A stretch of DNA of 64,000 nt. Source: Ylistrum balloti (Eukaryota). The notes below the pieces were generated by a model, which saw only the letters and a list, made by a program, of their open reading frames with translations, had not been told where the DNA came from and made no database searches. The stretch covers positions 930,001 through 994,000 of the forward strand of contig NW_026781981.1 of NCBI RefSeq assembly GCF_031769215.1, given 5' to 3'. Every line of letters begins with the position of its first letter. Position 1 is the first letter of the stretch. The position numbers and the translations under genes are program-made. Shown here in pieces: positions 23,600 through 37,985 of this stretch.

Positions 23600-23975
23600 A
23601 TACTATGGGGCATTCTGAAACACTTCACCAACAACATTGAATCAATGGAGGGGAAATCTTCGGAATGGTGATATCAACACCACAATCAAACATCAGATTG
23701 GACAAATATTGGATGGATCAAGAAATGTATAGAATCACAGAAATATGTAATTACAGAAATGATAAATAATTATAGAGGTACATATGGGAATGACTGAGCC
23801 GAGCATTCAATACATGTTTGAGTCCGCTGGAGAGGATCATGTAGATCCCTATCAGACAATATTCCTATCAGACAATATTCCTATCAGACAATATCCTTTC
23901 AGACAATATCCTTTCCAGACAATATCCCTTCCAGACAATATACCTTTCAGACAATAAACTAAACTAAGCTACACT
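23600..23975 (+). mobile_element. 5'-truncated CR1/L2-like LINE 3' end with short-repeat tail
   Basis: Remnant TTG GAC AAA TAT TGG ATG GAT CAA GAA (LDKYWMDQE), like the CR1 RT C-terminus. It is followed by a UTR-like stretch, 15-16 bp CAGACAATAT repeats (23850-23955) and a TAAACTAAACTAA tail. Confidence 0.5.
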
Positions 23976-24873
23976 AAATTATCAATGACATAACCTTCAC
24001 GTGTTGTCGGTTACGACGACGTTATCCTGTCAATCTAATACAAATATTTCTCATGGCATGAAATGGATGATTCTATTCCCTGGCTATTTCGAGTTTGTCG
24101 AAGATCTGGTCTGTATAAGGGGAGATAAACGGCTGGAGAATGTCATATAGTTCTGAAACAATAGAAAAGTAATATTAATATTTTAATCTTTTTATCAAAA
24201 TGTAATCTTAACATGTATGCTTTTCAAGCAAGTGCTCTGTAATTACGCTTAAACATTGTTGATTATAGTAACTGCATATATTGGTTTTGTGACTCGCGTT
24301 GTGATTAAGTTATTTAACTAATAACTAAATTAAAAATATTATGGGAACAATACATTAATCCGATTGAAATGCTTTCATGTATTGCTTTAAAGAAACATTT
24401 GCCGTTTTTTTTATGAAGAGTTCAATAGTTAGGTACCAGGCGAGTTGAACCACTCCTGTATATTAAAACAGATATATGTTAATCTTCTCAACTTTGTTTT
24501 GTTTAAATCCACTTTACGAGTAGATGAAAAAGTGCGGTTAGTATCTGATCAGTCCTGCGTGTTGTTTTTCGTTCACACAATGAGACAGCCTGTTGATGTA
24601 CAATACGATAACTACAGACTTTTAATATAGAACAAAACGTCATGGGAGAAGAAACGTTACAGTCGATTCGTTAGGGTAAAGTAAATCTAACATTCGGGAT
24701 ATTTCTCTCAGAGAATGATAAACAATTTATTATTTCTTTTTATCTAAAATCAAATTAATGCATTCTCTAAAAAATAAAATCACTTATTCACACTAAAATA
24801 CCGGAATGCATGTTATCTGTTTTTTTTTTTTTTTCAAATCGAATAATTTTCATTTTTATGACCTTCAACGGGT

Positions 24874-27742
24874 TTAACTATACCAGCTGTAAATTCCTAC
24901 TGTTTGGTTTTTGTTTTGTCCTTGTCCGTTGATGCTGTTGTATATTTCTGATTTTGGGACTGATATGTAGACACACATAACAATACACAATAAACATTTA
25001 ATAGAAGATCATATGTGTGCTGGATTTCATGTCAACGTTATAAATCCCAACCGAATGAACTACCAGGTTGTTTTTTTAAATTCAAATGGCTTGAATTACA
25101 AGAAGCACCAAGTCATATTAAGTATATGAAGAAACATTTCTACCTTGCACATACGTGAGGTTCATTTAAACGCTGTTCGAAAATAAAGTAGACAAAATAC
25201 TTACTGTTTCCACAAAAATTTTCAATCGCTTCATTAATGAAGGCATTTGAAAAGTCGGATGTTGGGTTGAACACTCTATCAATGATGTTTAGCAAGAACG
25301 ATGAGCAAGCTTCCCACGGCATGTAGTACTGAACTACAAAATAGCGTATCGGTATTACAGAGAGATATACAAGGTAAATAATGATTAAAAATGTTCACCC
25401 GGTATTCTGCATTTTATGAATAACAGGAAAATACCGTCATATCGACAACAAACAACATGGATATTGATACCTCAACAGAACCAAAAGAATTTCAATTCAT
25501 ACTAAAAAAAAGCTTCTGAAACGTTTCAACATGATAACAATACAGACAATATTACAACTGAGAATACATCTACAACATACAAATATATTATGTCCCGTAT
25601 TTTAAATGAGAAATGTTCTCAACAACAAAGCGTCCATGCCATAATGATGAGCAGGGATCACATCTAACTTAAAATGTCAAATAATAATGGTGGTGACCAT
25701 AATCATTGTACATTTCTTTAAGCTCTGTTTTGTGAGTTCATTTCACAGCTGTCGACATCTTTCACGGGAATCTTGATCGGGGGAGTACGATAAAAATATC
25801 GAACCACTGAGAACACACGTAGTAAATAGATATTTCTTAACAAAAAATCTAAATAATCACATTGTTTCTTACATCTAAAGGTTTTTTACTCGTGGTTTCA
25901 ATTCAAGTTTTTGTACCTCACCGGAAATATAGATGCACGCATACATGTGAAATGCTATCAAATGAAATTACAATACTTTTGAGGGATAGTACAACTTTAC
26001 ACGATATGTGATGCGTGAACGAAGTCTGTACAATTCGCGAACGATTAATGAACGGTGTGTGGCCAGTTTTTGACCAAATATGCACGATGGATTGCCTGAC
26101 AATTGAAACGAACTGCGATGACCTTTGTGTAGGATATATATTTAAGAATTTCTGATCAATAACCTCGAAATTTGTGGAACGAAATTTGTTCTATAAACAA
26201 TGGACGATCATTTATAACTGCAAAGGGAAATGTTATGAAATGAAAATTTAAATCACAAAATAAAAAGAGGAAAAGACTGAATAATGAATTCAAATAATTA
26301 ATTACACTTATTTATCTTCAGTATAACACTGTAACAAACAAATTTTGTAACTTATTTATCTTCAGGTTAACACTGTAACAAACAAATTTTGTAACTTATT
26401 TATCTTCAGGTTAACACTGTAACAAACAAATTTTGTAACTTTCATTAGAATAGACTTATTTATCTTGTTCGATGTAGCCAGTCAAATGGTATATTAGAAT
26501 AAATAATGATGTTTTATCATTATAGATAGTAAATAAGTAAAAGTAAATCTATATTATCGATACCACTCAGCATTAATAATAATTTAGATAATAATGCTCT
26601 TTCTAATTCAACATGATGACTTAGGAATACAGTATGTTAAAAATATCATAAATGTCTGCAGCTGCTCCTAACAAAATCGTAAATCTTTGTTACAACATCT
26701 TTTATTGTCTTGATTTATAGGTTGTATCTTAATGTGAAGAAAACGTTTAAGTGACTTTGATTAATCATGTAACTCAGAACTTAGGCGTATTCCTAATCTT
26801 GAGATATTTTAGGATGTCCTTAGCTTCAGTTTAGGAAACCATTTGATTATAAAATATCTGAGACAAATTATCATGAAACGCTTAACATAAATCATCATAA
26901 TCTTGAAAAATCTATGTTCTCACATTCTGAAAAAATGGCTTTTAATTTGAAAGTAGTTTAGTTGAAATCATTTATCATTTTGATAATCTAAATATATACA
27001 AGATTTCTTTATTTGAATAAATGCGTGTTTAGAGATGGGGTGCCTCAATTCCACTAAATACAATCCGTCTTTTTTTTTTGTTGATTTTGGAATAACAATC
27101 AACCGTCCAATCAGATTCAAGCTGATGTAATCAAATCTCACATGAAGATGTATGACGTGTGCATGATGCACGAGCGATGTGCGAATGATTGCGCGGTGCG
27201 TTTTGCTATTCCACAACTGTACGATATATTAAAATAATTCTTAAAAGACGACAAATTCTTTAACGTGTTATATTTCTTCAAATCTTAATATTTTTTCAAG
27301 CTTTTAATTTTTATGATAAAACTTGAGCTTGCGGAATGGTCGACTTATAAATATCTAATGTTAAACACTTACGAGTTTGGTCGACCAGCGTTCTGCTGAT
27401 AGACCTCACTTTGTAGTTGTCTGGCTTTGTCTTCGGCTTCTTTGCTTTATATTGAGCCTGAGATTGCATGTATTCTTGGTATTTTCTCACTTGATTCCTG
27501 TAATAAGGTGTTAAATATGATGTTCGAGAGTTCTTCATATAACTTTTATTATTGTATTGATTCCGATTTGGCACAGCACCGTAATTGTTCCAGTTATTCG
27601 GTTTGCCGTATTGCTGAAAATTTTGTGTCGCTCTCATTCTGTTCGAAACTTGAGTTTTTGATTTTCCGTTAGAAAAGACAGCAGGCTGTTGGCATGAACA
27701 CAAACCGAAGAGAACGACGAAGATAAGTTTTAGGAGAACCAT
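24874..27742 (-). CDS. Secreted orphan protein, about 194 aa: N/Q/Y/K-rich low-complexity region followed by a small two-Cys domain; 3 coding exons
   Basis: Exons 27742-27373 (370 nt; TTTTCAG acceptor 9 nt before ATG; C|GTAAGT donor), 25333-25205 (129 nt; TTTTGTAG; A|GTAAGT) and 24959-24874 (86 nt to TAA); phases 1-1 are compatible. MVLLKLIFVVLFGLCSC-QQPAV...DQT-LQYYMPWEACSSFLLNIIDRVFNPTSDFSNAFINEAIENFCGN-IPKSEIYNSINGQGQNKNQTVGIYSWYS*. AATAAA near 24730. The last exon is the least certain. Confidence 0.72.
26308..26440. repeat. 46-bp tandem repeat, about 3 copies (intronic)
   Basis: ACTTATTTATCTTCAG(G)TTAACACTGTAACAAACAAATTTTGTA, repeated. Confidence 0.9.
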
Positions 27743-28704
27743 TTTGTCGTGCTGAAAAGAGTAAATAGTAAAGATAAAAACTGGAACACTAAACAACGAA
27801 ACCAAACGTAATTTTATATCACATTATCGGTTAGTTCATATGTCAATACATTTTATATAGGGAATTATTTTAGTCGATGTTTTGCGAACACTGACAAAAA
27901 CACATTCAGAACTCTGTCGGAAAGCACATTGTTTTATTGTTTTACGGAATAATTCTGTATTTAAAACTGCTATTCACTCGTTTCTTACGTGGTATACTCC
28001 ACTTAATTTCATATTCAAAGTTATTATAAATGTTTTAATTACAAGTTTTGCACCAAGTTCTGTACGTATACCAAAGTACTTCCTTCGCATCACTTAAGTA
28101 TATTATCTTTCCATTAAAAACGTCTTATTCAGAAGTCGTTCTTTTATTTGTACAACAGGAGCAAGGCAAGGAATCACCTCAGAAATGTTTTTACATTATA
28201 TCACACATCGAGTGCAACTAGGATGATATTAACTTTGTTATAGACAATTTATAATTTAACATTGGACAAGTCTATGTGAATAACACAATTACACGTTATG
28301 TATGAATAAATAGATAAATGAATATACCTGATTAGTCTCTCTCTCCTCGTTCGTGTCTCTTCATTAATTCTTGAAACAAAAAGACATAATATGAATATTC
28401 AAATCAATTGTACCAGGCAGATAAAAAGATAAACTTCATGCGGTATTTAATCAATTTGATAATTTCATTTCCTGTAAAGATTGATTAGTGTTCTCGAAGA
28501 GTGCTAGTATTTACAATACTGGTATATACAGATGTGGCATGAAGAACCATTTCAAGCATCGAGAACAAATACATAGAGCTTACCGTGCAATAAAGGTTCA
28601 ACGAACAGATACGTCTGATTCCTTAGGGCATTTACAAAGACACAAATGAATAACATATTTTCATGCATTTTTGGAACTAGATTGCAGCCAAAAAACTATA
28701 CTGC

Positions 28705-29108
28705 ATCACACAGCTGTTTCGTCCTTCTAGGAAACGTCACTGATGCTACATTATGCAGCTGTTTCGTCCTTCTAGGACACGTCAGTTATACTACATTATA
28801 CAGCTGTTTTTCGTCCTTCTAGGAAACGTCAGTGATGCCACAACATACTGCTGTGTCGTCTTTCTAAACACGTCACTGATGCTTCATCATACAGCTGTTT
28901 GGTCCTTCTAGGAAACGTAACTCATGCTACATTATACAGCTGTTTTGTCCTTCTAGGACACGTCACTGATGCTTCATCACACAGCTGTTTCGTCCTTCTA
29001 GGAAACGTAACTCATGCTACATTATACAGCTGTGTCGTCTTTCTAAATATGTCACTGATGCTTCATCATACAGCTGTTTTGTCCTTCTAGGACACGTCAC
29101 TGATGCTA
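28705..29108. repeat. About 44-45 bp minisatellite, about 9 copies
   Basis: CAGCTGTTTCGTCCTTCTAGGA(A/C)ACGTCACTGATGCT... at 28712, 28756, 28801 and onward. Confidence 0.93.
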
Positions 29109-32100
29109 AGGTCCTATAATGTTAAAACCCATAAGGCGACAGAGGAAAATCGCGGTCTAAATTAACGTGATTTTAGTATATGATAATGTCAAATGAACAT
29201 CAAGTACGTGGATACACTTAACCGTGTCATTATTTAATGAATTAAAACGTAGCATGAAGCTCGCGCCAGACCTCGGGAACAAAAGTCCACATGCAGAGTG
29301 TACTGATAGCTGTTGGAATTTGAAGATGTGAAAATGTGAAAAAATTTAAGGTGCAACTATATTTCTGTGTTCTAACATATATAGTTTAACAAAACGAATA
29401 CCTTTTACAAGTGTTCGATTAACGGTTGCTCGAAACTAATTGAACAAATGATATTCTAAAAAATTTAAACAGAATATTGAAATACATGTATGTTTAACAA
29501 CATTTCTCTAAGGGTGACGACAAACGAGAACCGGGGTTCAAAGTGTTATCAATACTTATCAGTAATTGTAGAATTGTTCCAAATCAAGGGGAAAACATTC
29601 ACCTAAGTCGGCCTTAATTGTCAAAATGATAAAACAGATACGTTTTTTTTTATTGGGGTGAATGCAGAGGGTTAATGTCATCGGATATGTATACGGTATG
29701 GGACCAAAAAACGGCAACAATACATTTACTTCATGTCCACGATAAGTTCCTTAAGGAAAACTTATAATTTTATAAGGAAACAAAGAAAAGAGACTTTCTC
29801 AATAGGACAGTTCAGTAGGTCTGTGTATAACAGGAGAGTACACATAACCCAGATCTATAAGCGGTATTCCCCCGAGCGTACCCGGGGTTGTCATCTATTA
29901 CCCTTGACACAGAAAGGTTAGGGCCTTCGCTGTGCGGATAATGCAATGTAAAATCGTACAGTTTTATTAGTTAAGTAATTCCACTTCTAATCTTATCTAA
30001 ATCTCCATTTATAAATATGTTGTGGTATCAGAATAAAAGTAATTGTGGCTTATTCGTAACAGTTTGAAACTTATATACCAACAGATAACATGAGAGTCAG
30101 ACTTAAATATCTAAATTAGCGTTGTCACTGTAATGGTGGACATCATCCACTTTGGCTTGGTAATAAAAATGTTCTTTTTTTAACCTGGTTGGTTTATAAT
30201 CAAAAGTCAACGCTAATGATGACAATGAATTAATACGTATGCATATGTTTAATCCCAACATTGAAAACTTGGTATGACCTAAATCAACATTCCCAATGTT
30301 TTCGTTTATTTTATTGAAATTGAAAAAAAAAACAGGACATCACGGAACCTCCCTCCCCCCTCCCACACACACACACCACCCCACGCCCTCCTCCTCCTCT
30401 TTTTCTCTCTCTTCATAAAGGATGTAAGACTATAGCAAAAGAACATGGGAATTGGTTTGGGGGAGAGTGGGGGTGGAGGGATCTTTACTTACGCATATAC
30501 ACCTGAGCGATCTGTATTTGCATTTATTAAAGAACTGCGTAACTAAGCAGTATAGTGTTCCGTACGATGCATGGCGAATAAAACAGTCGCTACATCAGGT
30601 GAACAAAGTGAAAAGTTTGCAGGTAGATAGTCCAAGGTTAGGATAGAACGTCAGTATGACAGATGGAAAGATTTCAACGTGGAAGAATTGCCGTAGGAAT
30701 GAGGAAACACTTCGTGCTAGAGTTAACCGAAGTTGACAAGCGTGCATTGTAAAGGGGAACCCAGAGGGGGAAATGAGGAATGTTTAAAAATATGTACACT
30801 GAATAACATTTCAGTTGTTATAAACCATATGTAACGTTCTTTTGAAATTACATACATGTTTGTAGTGTATTCAACTGATGCAAATTATCTCTGTCAACGT
30901 AAATAAAAACCAAATGTAAGTGCCTCGTTTTCAATTCTTTATGTACATTCAAAGGAGTCTCCCGAAAAAAGTTCCTAAATCCCAATGCATGAAATATCAT
31001 TAAGAATTTTTTTTTTTCTTTTTATGATGCTTTCTAGTATGTTAACTATATTTGTTTCATAGAAATGTTTAATGACGCGCGTTAGCGCAAGATGTTGAAG
31101 TATCTGTTAAAAAGCAGTTTACACACCAGTAAATAATACAAAGAAAAATTAGTTCCTATATTTGTATTTTGAAAGTTTTTTTTTATTTATGCTACTTTTT
31201 AAAAAGTAATTTCTGGACGTTATACGCAGTAACGGAATGGCCCGACAGCTGATTGTTTATTCCAATATGGCGGGAAAAGTTGTCGGACTTACATTTACCT
31301 AAGAGGAAACATTAAAATGAATTGTTCGAAATTCTAAAATATTTGTTTTTAAATGGCAGATTTTTAGACAGAGGTAGTGTCCACTTATATTAATGATAAC
31401 AAAGATTTACAGGAGTTCGCCTTTCAAATAAATAAGAGTTTAAATACTTTTCCGATAAGCAATTCGTTCGACATGTAGAGAAATCATTGGATTGGATATC
31501 AGTCTAAACGTACATTAAAAAAACATAACCATTTAAAGTTTTCTGACAGTTAATCATCACAAGAAGTAAGTCAGCTGTAGAGCATCATCGAATGCTGCAA
31601 TAAATCCTTGTTATTCTTTGATATTTATAGATTGTAAACACTTTTTTAAAGATACCAAAGGTCTGTAAAATAAATAGAACTTCTCTAACAACTGCAATAA
31701 CTATTGCTTATAAGAACATACATGTTACTTACCATCGCAACTTTAGCCTGGTAACGAGACCCTCATCACTACGCGGCGTTTGGAAGACGACCTCTCGAGA
31801 GAATGAAAATCGGGGCGAGAAACATCACACCTGGCCCAGACATGGTCAGGTGTTCTTGTCCCTTCAGGGACTCAGTCTACTGAAATCCCGCTGATTGACA
31901 GGTCTCGCTGTCCATTACATCAATACCAGCTACCCTGTATAACCCGTTCAGGTTCATGAACCCAACATTCGCAAAGGAATGACTGGAACTCCGATAATTA
32001 TTACATTCGGTTTAATTTCTTCCGATCGAGTCTCACGTCAGACATTTTTACATGAATATTTGTAACTGCAGTAAGGTTATACTTCAGCAATGTATAGTAT

Positions 32101-32287
32101 TCATTAAGCAACGACAACCTAATTTACAACAAAAACATTCACATCATCAGATATACATGCGATGTACAGTACCTTTTTGGAAACAACGTGAAAAAAACAA
32201 AAAATTAAAAATAAAAATTATGAAGTATGTCTTCACAAAAAACAAAAACAAAAAAAAAAAAAAATTTTTGGGGGTTTGCTATTTTTT

Positions 32288-32322
32288 GGGGGGGGGGGGG
32301 GGGGGGGTGGGGGGGGGGGGGG
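32288..32322 (+). repeat. Poly-G tract (34 G interrupted by one T)
   Basis: Directly visible; potential G-quadruplex. Confidence 0.95.
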
Positions 32323-35300
32323 TTGATAGAAATCCATGTTTCAATGATGATTTGTGTTGCATTTGGATTTAAAATCATGTTAAAGTCATTGTATTCAGAG
32401 CTACTGTGGTGATGACTAAAATAAATAAACGTATAATTTCGAATTAGTTAACAGTAGAATCTAGGCGACATCAATGAAAGCAATGCTTTCTATAATATTT
32501 TTCTATCTCCTTCGAAATTTGATTATAAGGCTAGAGAATAACCAATATATGCCTGTATAGTACACACATTAACTCATGTTAGATTCACCACTCCTGTCGG
32601 TAAAATTATCTTGCTTCTGTAACTTAACCATGACTCCAACTTTCCAAATCTGCATGATCACTATACTGCTTACATTTTAACTACATGCTCTAAGTTTCGA
32701 TGATCAATTAATCAGTCCTTGAGATATATTAGCACGAACCATCTAATTTGTGTTTACTATTAAGATTTGTCGTTACTGAGCAGGTTCAATGAGATTTAAT
32801 CTTCCGTTCAACTTTGAAAACGCTGTCAAATATTGGAAACCTTCATGATCTAGTCTTTGTGTAAAACACCAGTTCCTATTTTAGAACTTCTATTTATTCT
32901 CAAAAAAGTAGAATCTCGAGGATGCTGTTCACATACAATATGTATGTATAAAATATATCAGCTGTTTAACTGGTCTTAACTTGTAACCTGAGCAATATGT
33001 AAATGTTACATATAACCCTAAATAGGACTTTAAAGAAATAAAACCATAAAATTACTAGAATTCTAAAATATCGCTACTTTACCTTTTTATTGTTTGCACG
33101 TGATATGTTGCACTTTGAAGGTCATACATTTACTCGTGATATAACGAAAATGATATATATTTTGATCGGAATGACATATAACACGTGGTTGTTGAGAATA
33201 ATAACAATACCAGAATTTCATTGACTGTTCTCACATAAAGGTCATGACCTTACTTAGATCAGTATTAACATTGTAAATGTTATCTATTAACAAACATCTA
33301 CAGTTCCTTGATATCTGGTATCATTCCCCATGCACCATCATTCATTCTTTATTGACCTCTGATCCAGTATTCCCTTATTTCAGAAGGAGGAACATCTAAA
33401 CCATCGCCTACAGATAGGGAGAGGTTATGATTACGATAATACTTCTTTATATCATAAAAAACACAGTTTAATATCAGAATCTTTTAAGCTTACTATCTAA
33501 AATATTTAAGATAGTACCTATTTTCTCAATATCACAATTTTCGAGCAAGATGTATCGGCAACTGACATACAGACTCACAACATAGGGTTACGAGTGAAGC
33601 TGATTGAGGAATATGATGGGAAGGTTAAAGGCATGTCTGATGCTCGTTAACATACCTTTTCGTTCCGTTGCTGTTGACCTTATTCTCATTTGGGAACGTG
33701 ACATTACTAACTTAGATTGACCATGAATTACAATGTTTTTTATTATACAGAAGTTACGTCTAGTTCCACAGCGCGGATTTATAAGCATTACCATCTGGAT
33801 ATAGGTCAGCTGTTCTTTATCCGTCTACTGCTACCCTCAATAATAACTCGTATTCTCTTCCTTAACATTTAAAATAATTCGTGTATCCTAAACTATATAT
33901 TTACCCATTATATAGGCTTTATCAAGGGCCTTTATGACAACTGTCCAAAGACAAAATACGCGAGTTGAATGGTACAATATTCATGTCACTTAAACTTGCG
34001 AAACTTTCGGAAATATACCTGATCTGTCTAATTAACTGGAAATTGCCAGAGCTTGTCTAAACTGGAGGTCAAAAGGTTGAAAACGGACTAGAGTGTGTGG
34101 AAGTATAATAAGTGAGATATTTTTCATGTCATGTGTGTAATATGTTAGCTATTCTACATGTCATAAGTGTTGTCTATTATCGTAATTTACATGTCATAAG
34201 TGAAATCTTTTTCCGTATTTTTATGTCATGTGTGTTAAATGTTAGCTATTCTACGTGTCACAAGCATAATCTTTTCTACCTGTTATAAGGGATATTTTTT
34301 ATTATTTAAATATCATTTTCATAACGTATTAAAGAATCTTCACACAACGACCCTCATACCGCGAAATAAAACAAACGACATGCGTTATCTTGGTAATTTC
34401 TTTCATATCTTTTTTATTTTTGCAAGACTTTGCAAACAAAATCAAACTTCGAAGCGAATTTCAAAAATCTCGTATGAAATGCAAATTCAAGACATTTTTT
34501 ATCACATAGATCAGAAAGGTTACCTTTTGACAGATTTTAAAATGAAAAAAAAAAAAAAAACGTGGAGAAGAAAAGAAGAAAAATTAACGTAGACAGCCAT
34601 TTTGTTGCACCATTTACAATTTTTACGTACATATAACGTCATTGATAATATTATGACATCACTACCAGTTTCTGACTGACGTAGGGAAAAAAACATAAAA
34701 CTCCAGGACACGTGACACATTACATTGGCGAATTCAATAGTTAATGGGCTTATTATGTGTCAACATGTTAGAACTGATATTGAAAAGGACAAGGCAAAAG
34801 ACATACGGCTCTCTTCCTGTATGAGATCATCATAACGATAATAAAATATTCTATGATTTATTGATTGCAAAGTTATCTCTTCTGCATAAAAATATTTATT
34901 GTCAAATTTATAACCTCTTAATTCTATTATTGATCGTTGCTAACTGTTTAACTGATAGGAAAATGATATAATTTAGATATTATGGAGTTAATCCATAAGT
35001 ACTAGGGCATGACATTATCCAGGTATGGAATACATATAGGAATTTCCCTCTGGAAACATAATGTATTCTTGACCGGCCAAAACTTACTGACCTAGTTACA
35101 TAACATTACATCGGCGCCGACAGCACTAACCTATAACCTTCGTGTCTGTGATGTACACTTTTAAGTGTTTACCGACACTTCATGACTTACCTGGTGTAAT
35201 ATTAAAACAAAATGATTTCGTTTTATCTTTATTGCGTGGCGTCGAGCTTATTCATAACACTGTTTAAAAGACGGAATAAGAAATAAAAAAGATAATTCGT

Positions 35301-37782
35301 TTAAACGAAATAAAAAGTCGAACGCACCAGGAAAAAAGTTAATCTAAATATCAGATGTACACACTTAGCACTTCTGTATTGCACCGTTAACGCTTATAAA
35401 TATCTTTTGTCATGTCTATATCAGCAGACTTTGCGAAATAAAGGTGTTAATGTTTTGCTAAATTTGTTTTAAATGACTGCGTTAAGTAATATACTGATCA
35501 CCTTATAGTTTGTGTGTAAGGTATCATATAATCGATTATCTTTCCATTCTTCTTTATTGAGATGGTTTCATCACAGTATGCGCCGCTCGTTAAACGTTTA
35601 TTGTATCTGTAAGTGCGTCGACGTCAAGATAATTCGGAGACGAGACGACATACATACATATATCTTTCATGCTTCTCCTAATACTTTCTACCGCACCGGA
35701 CAGAAATATCCACACTTCCGGTGAGGGTAACATATCTCTATCTTGCCCCAGCAAGACGGTCTGCACACACAGGAAGTGACATTTCGGGTTCGTGTAATTG
35801 TTAATGACGTTATTTTCATGACGTGTCGGGGTCAGTTGGGGGTCATTAACGTCATTAAAATTGTCACCCGGGCCTCAAATACAAATGACAAATATATGGT
35901 TATAATGTCACATGGATATTTATTTGCTTAATTTTTTCTCAGGGGAAAATGGGGTAGAAAAATTATCATTCCCTACCTAGAGGGTAAGACAGAGACATCT
36001 CTACCCTCAGAGGAGATTCCTGACAGTCTAAATAAGATTTCTATCCTATTAAACTCAAACAAGTTATTCTGTCCGCTTCATGTGAATGAAATGAGAATTT
36101 TATTTTCGTTATCATTTCCTCGCGAATCTGTAAATTTTGCTATGGACTCCTCATTTCAGCTTACAAAAGATTTTTTTAACGATTTGTATTTATTATACAT
36201 AGAGTATACATGGTCAGAGTCTTAAAATATAAGTTGTATTTTGACGAGAGGGAAAAAAGACAAAATAGGCGAGTCTTTGAAATCAGACAATCAAAATGTC
36301 AACAGTTTAGTTGGTCAATCTTTGTTAACCTGACGTTGACGTTACACTGAATTTTATCGTTTGAATGATATAGAATAAGGACGCAGTCAGCAATCAACTC
36401 CGACAAGTAAAAATACAAAAAGATAAACGACAGGTACTCTTTGCGTCGTTAAGGGATATCCCGATGTTAGTAACGTCACTTTTTCTATAGTAGTGGACAT
36501 TTCTCAAAACTATAAATGTGGAACTAAATTGAGGATCGTTACCTATTCGGAATTCATAATTAGATGGAATAGTCACTACTACAACTGCAGACCTACATTC
36601 TATCTCGTTCCTAAGACTTTCTATCTCATTTCTGACTTTTTATCTCAGCTCTATGACATCTTTATCTCGTTAGTACGACTTTTTTGTCTCGCTGAACTGT
36701 CTTTTTTATCTCATTTCTACGATATTTTTAGCGTTCCTATGACTATTTACTTCCTTCTTATAACTTTTTATCTTCTTCAGTTTAATCAGTGCATACGGAG
36801 GCTTTCGATTTTAAACTATTTTGTTATGGATTTTTCCTCAGCAGGTTCAATTTAGATATTGTCGTTATTGATTAATCATCAATCACTGACCTGGTAAGTA
36901 TAGCCATGTCATCGATTTCTAATTTTAGTATTTCAAAATAGAATTAAGAACATTCTTGATACAACTATAACCATGTATTACATTAAAAAAACTTTTCATT
37001 GTTGAAATATTTTCCATTCCGGATTCTGTATTCCTGTCCTTTGTATGCTCCCAACAGATAATATGTACTGTGTGTTGCTACTGAAATTTTGAAAATCTGC
37101 TTCTGTTTTAAAAGGAAATTTCTTCTATTATCAATATGGATTAGGCATTGCCTAAAAGTGAGCACAATATTATTAGAATGCAAGACACAGCTGACTGAGG
37201 AATAGCAGGGTCCATAAAAAGGATAGCTACTTCTTGCTTGTAACGACTGATTTACCCGTTGTCAGACCGTGTAATATGTGCCCTCGGCAGTACAGTGTGG
37301 TAGCGCTGTACATCTATAAAGTCGACTTTAGTTCTGATTCCTCAAAAGAAGGCTTACAAAACAAAGCTACCCACAAACACACGTCACATTAAATCACTTA
37401 CAAGACCATATTTGTTGAAAGGGCGTCAACCAATATCAGACTAAACCCAACAACTCTTTTTAATATGTTAGTATAGTTTGGTCCCGAATCGTTTCCACCT
37501 GCACTTTATTATGTCCCGTGTTGTTAACAGGAAACTAGTTGAACAGTAAATTGCACTTGCTTTAATCCTGATTGGTTGAAAAAGATATAAAACGTTCTAT
37601 TTTCCAATAGTATGTACAAATCTAAGACTTTCTGTTAATTACTAAAAGTAAAAGTCACTGCAGCCATATTTTATTGATATCTAAAAAATTAAGAATGTAA
37701 ACAGTGCGGTCTTGATCTAGTTAATACATTACTGCTCATAACCCTGGTGCTGCGTATGCGTATAAGCCTAGAAAGAAGCAAT

Positions 37783-37985
37783 ATGGCGGACGCAAATACG
37801 AAAAGGCGGCGAGGACCTAAAAGTTAACTTACAGAAAGTGCTAGAAAGCGTAAGAGGAAGAGGTCAGACCTGAAAAGAGGACAGGCAAGAATTTATATAA
37901 GACTGGAGATCGATAGATCGCGAAAAAAGAAGGAAGATTTTTGACCGAATACGGACTCGGAATTTGCGAAGCTGCTGCTTGACTT
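37783..37985 (+). pseudogene. Degenerate first exon of a DNA-transposon protein (Kolobok-like N-terminal motif)
   Basis: MADANTKRRRGPKS*LTESARKRKRKRSDLKRGQARIYIRLEIDRSRKKKEDF*PNTDSEFAKLLLD followed by TT|GTAAGC: a basic stretch plus an RIxI...DxEFAxxLLD motif that I recall from Kolobok-type elements. Two in-frame stops. Termini not found. Confidence 0.45.

Noticed and set aside
27010-27228. Alternative short terminal exon for the 27.7-kb gene (DQT-LVE*) and the 82-aa ORF 26968-27216
   Set aside because: The exon at 25333-25205 has better splice sites, matching phases and protein-like content. The short ending cannot be fully excluded.
30423-30947. Possible solo LTR (TGTAAG...AATAAA...TGTACA)
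   Set aside because: No matching 4-6 bp TSD, no PBS or PPT, and no second copy in the window.
37280-37330. tRNA/SINE A-box-like GTGTGGTAGCGC
   Set aside because: No B-box or cloverleaf found; no tRNA gene is supported anywhere in the window.
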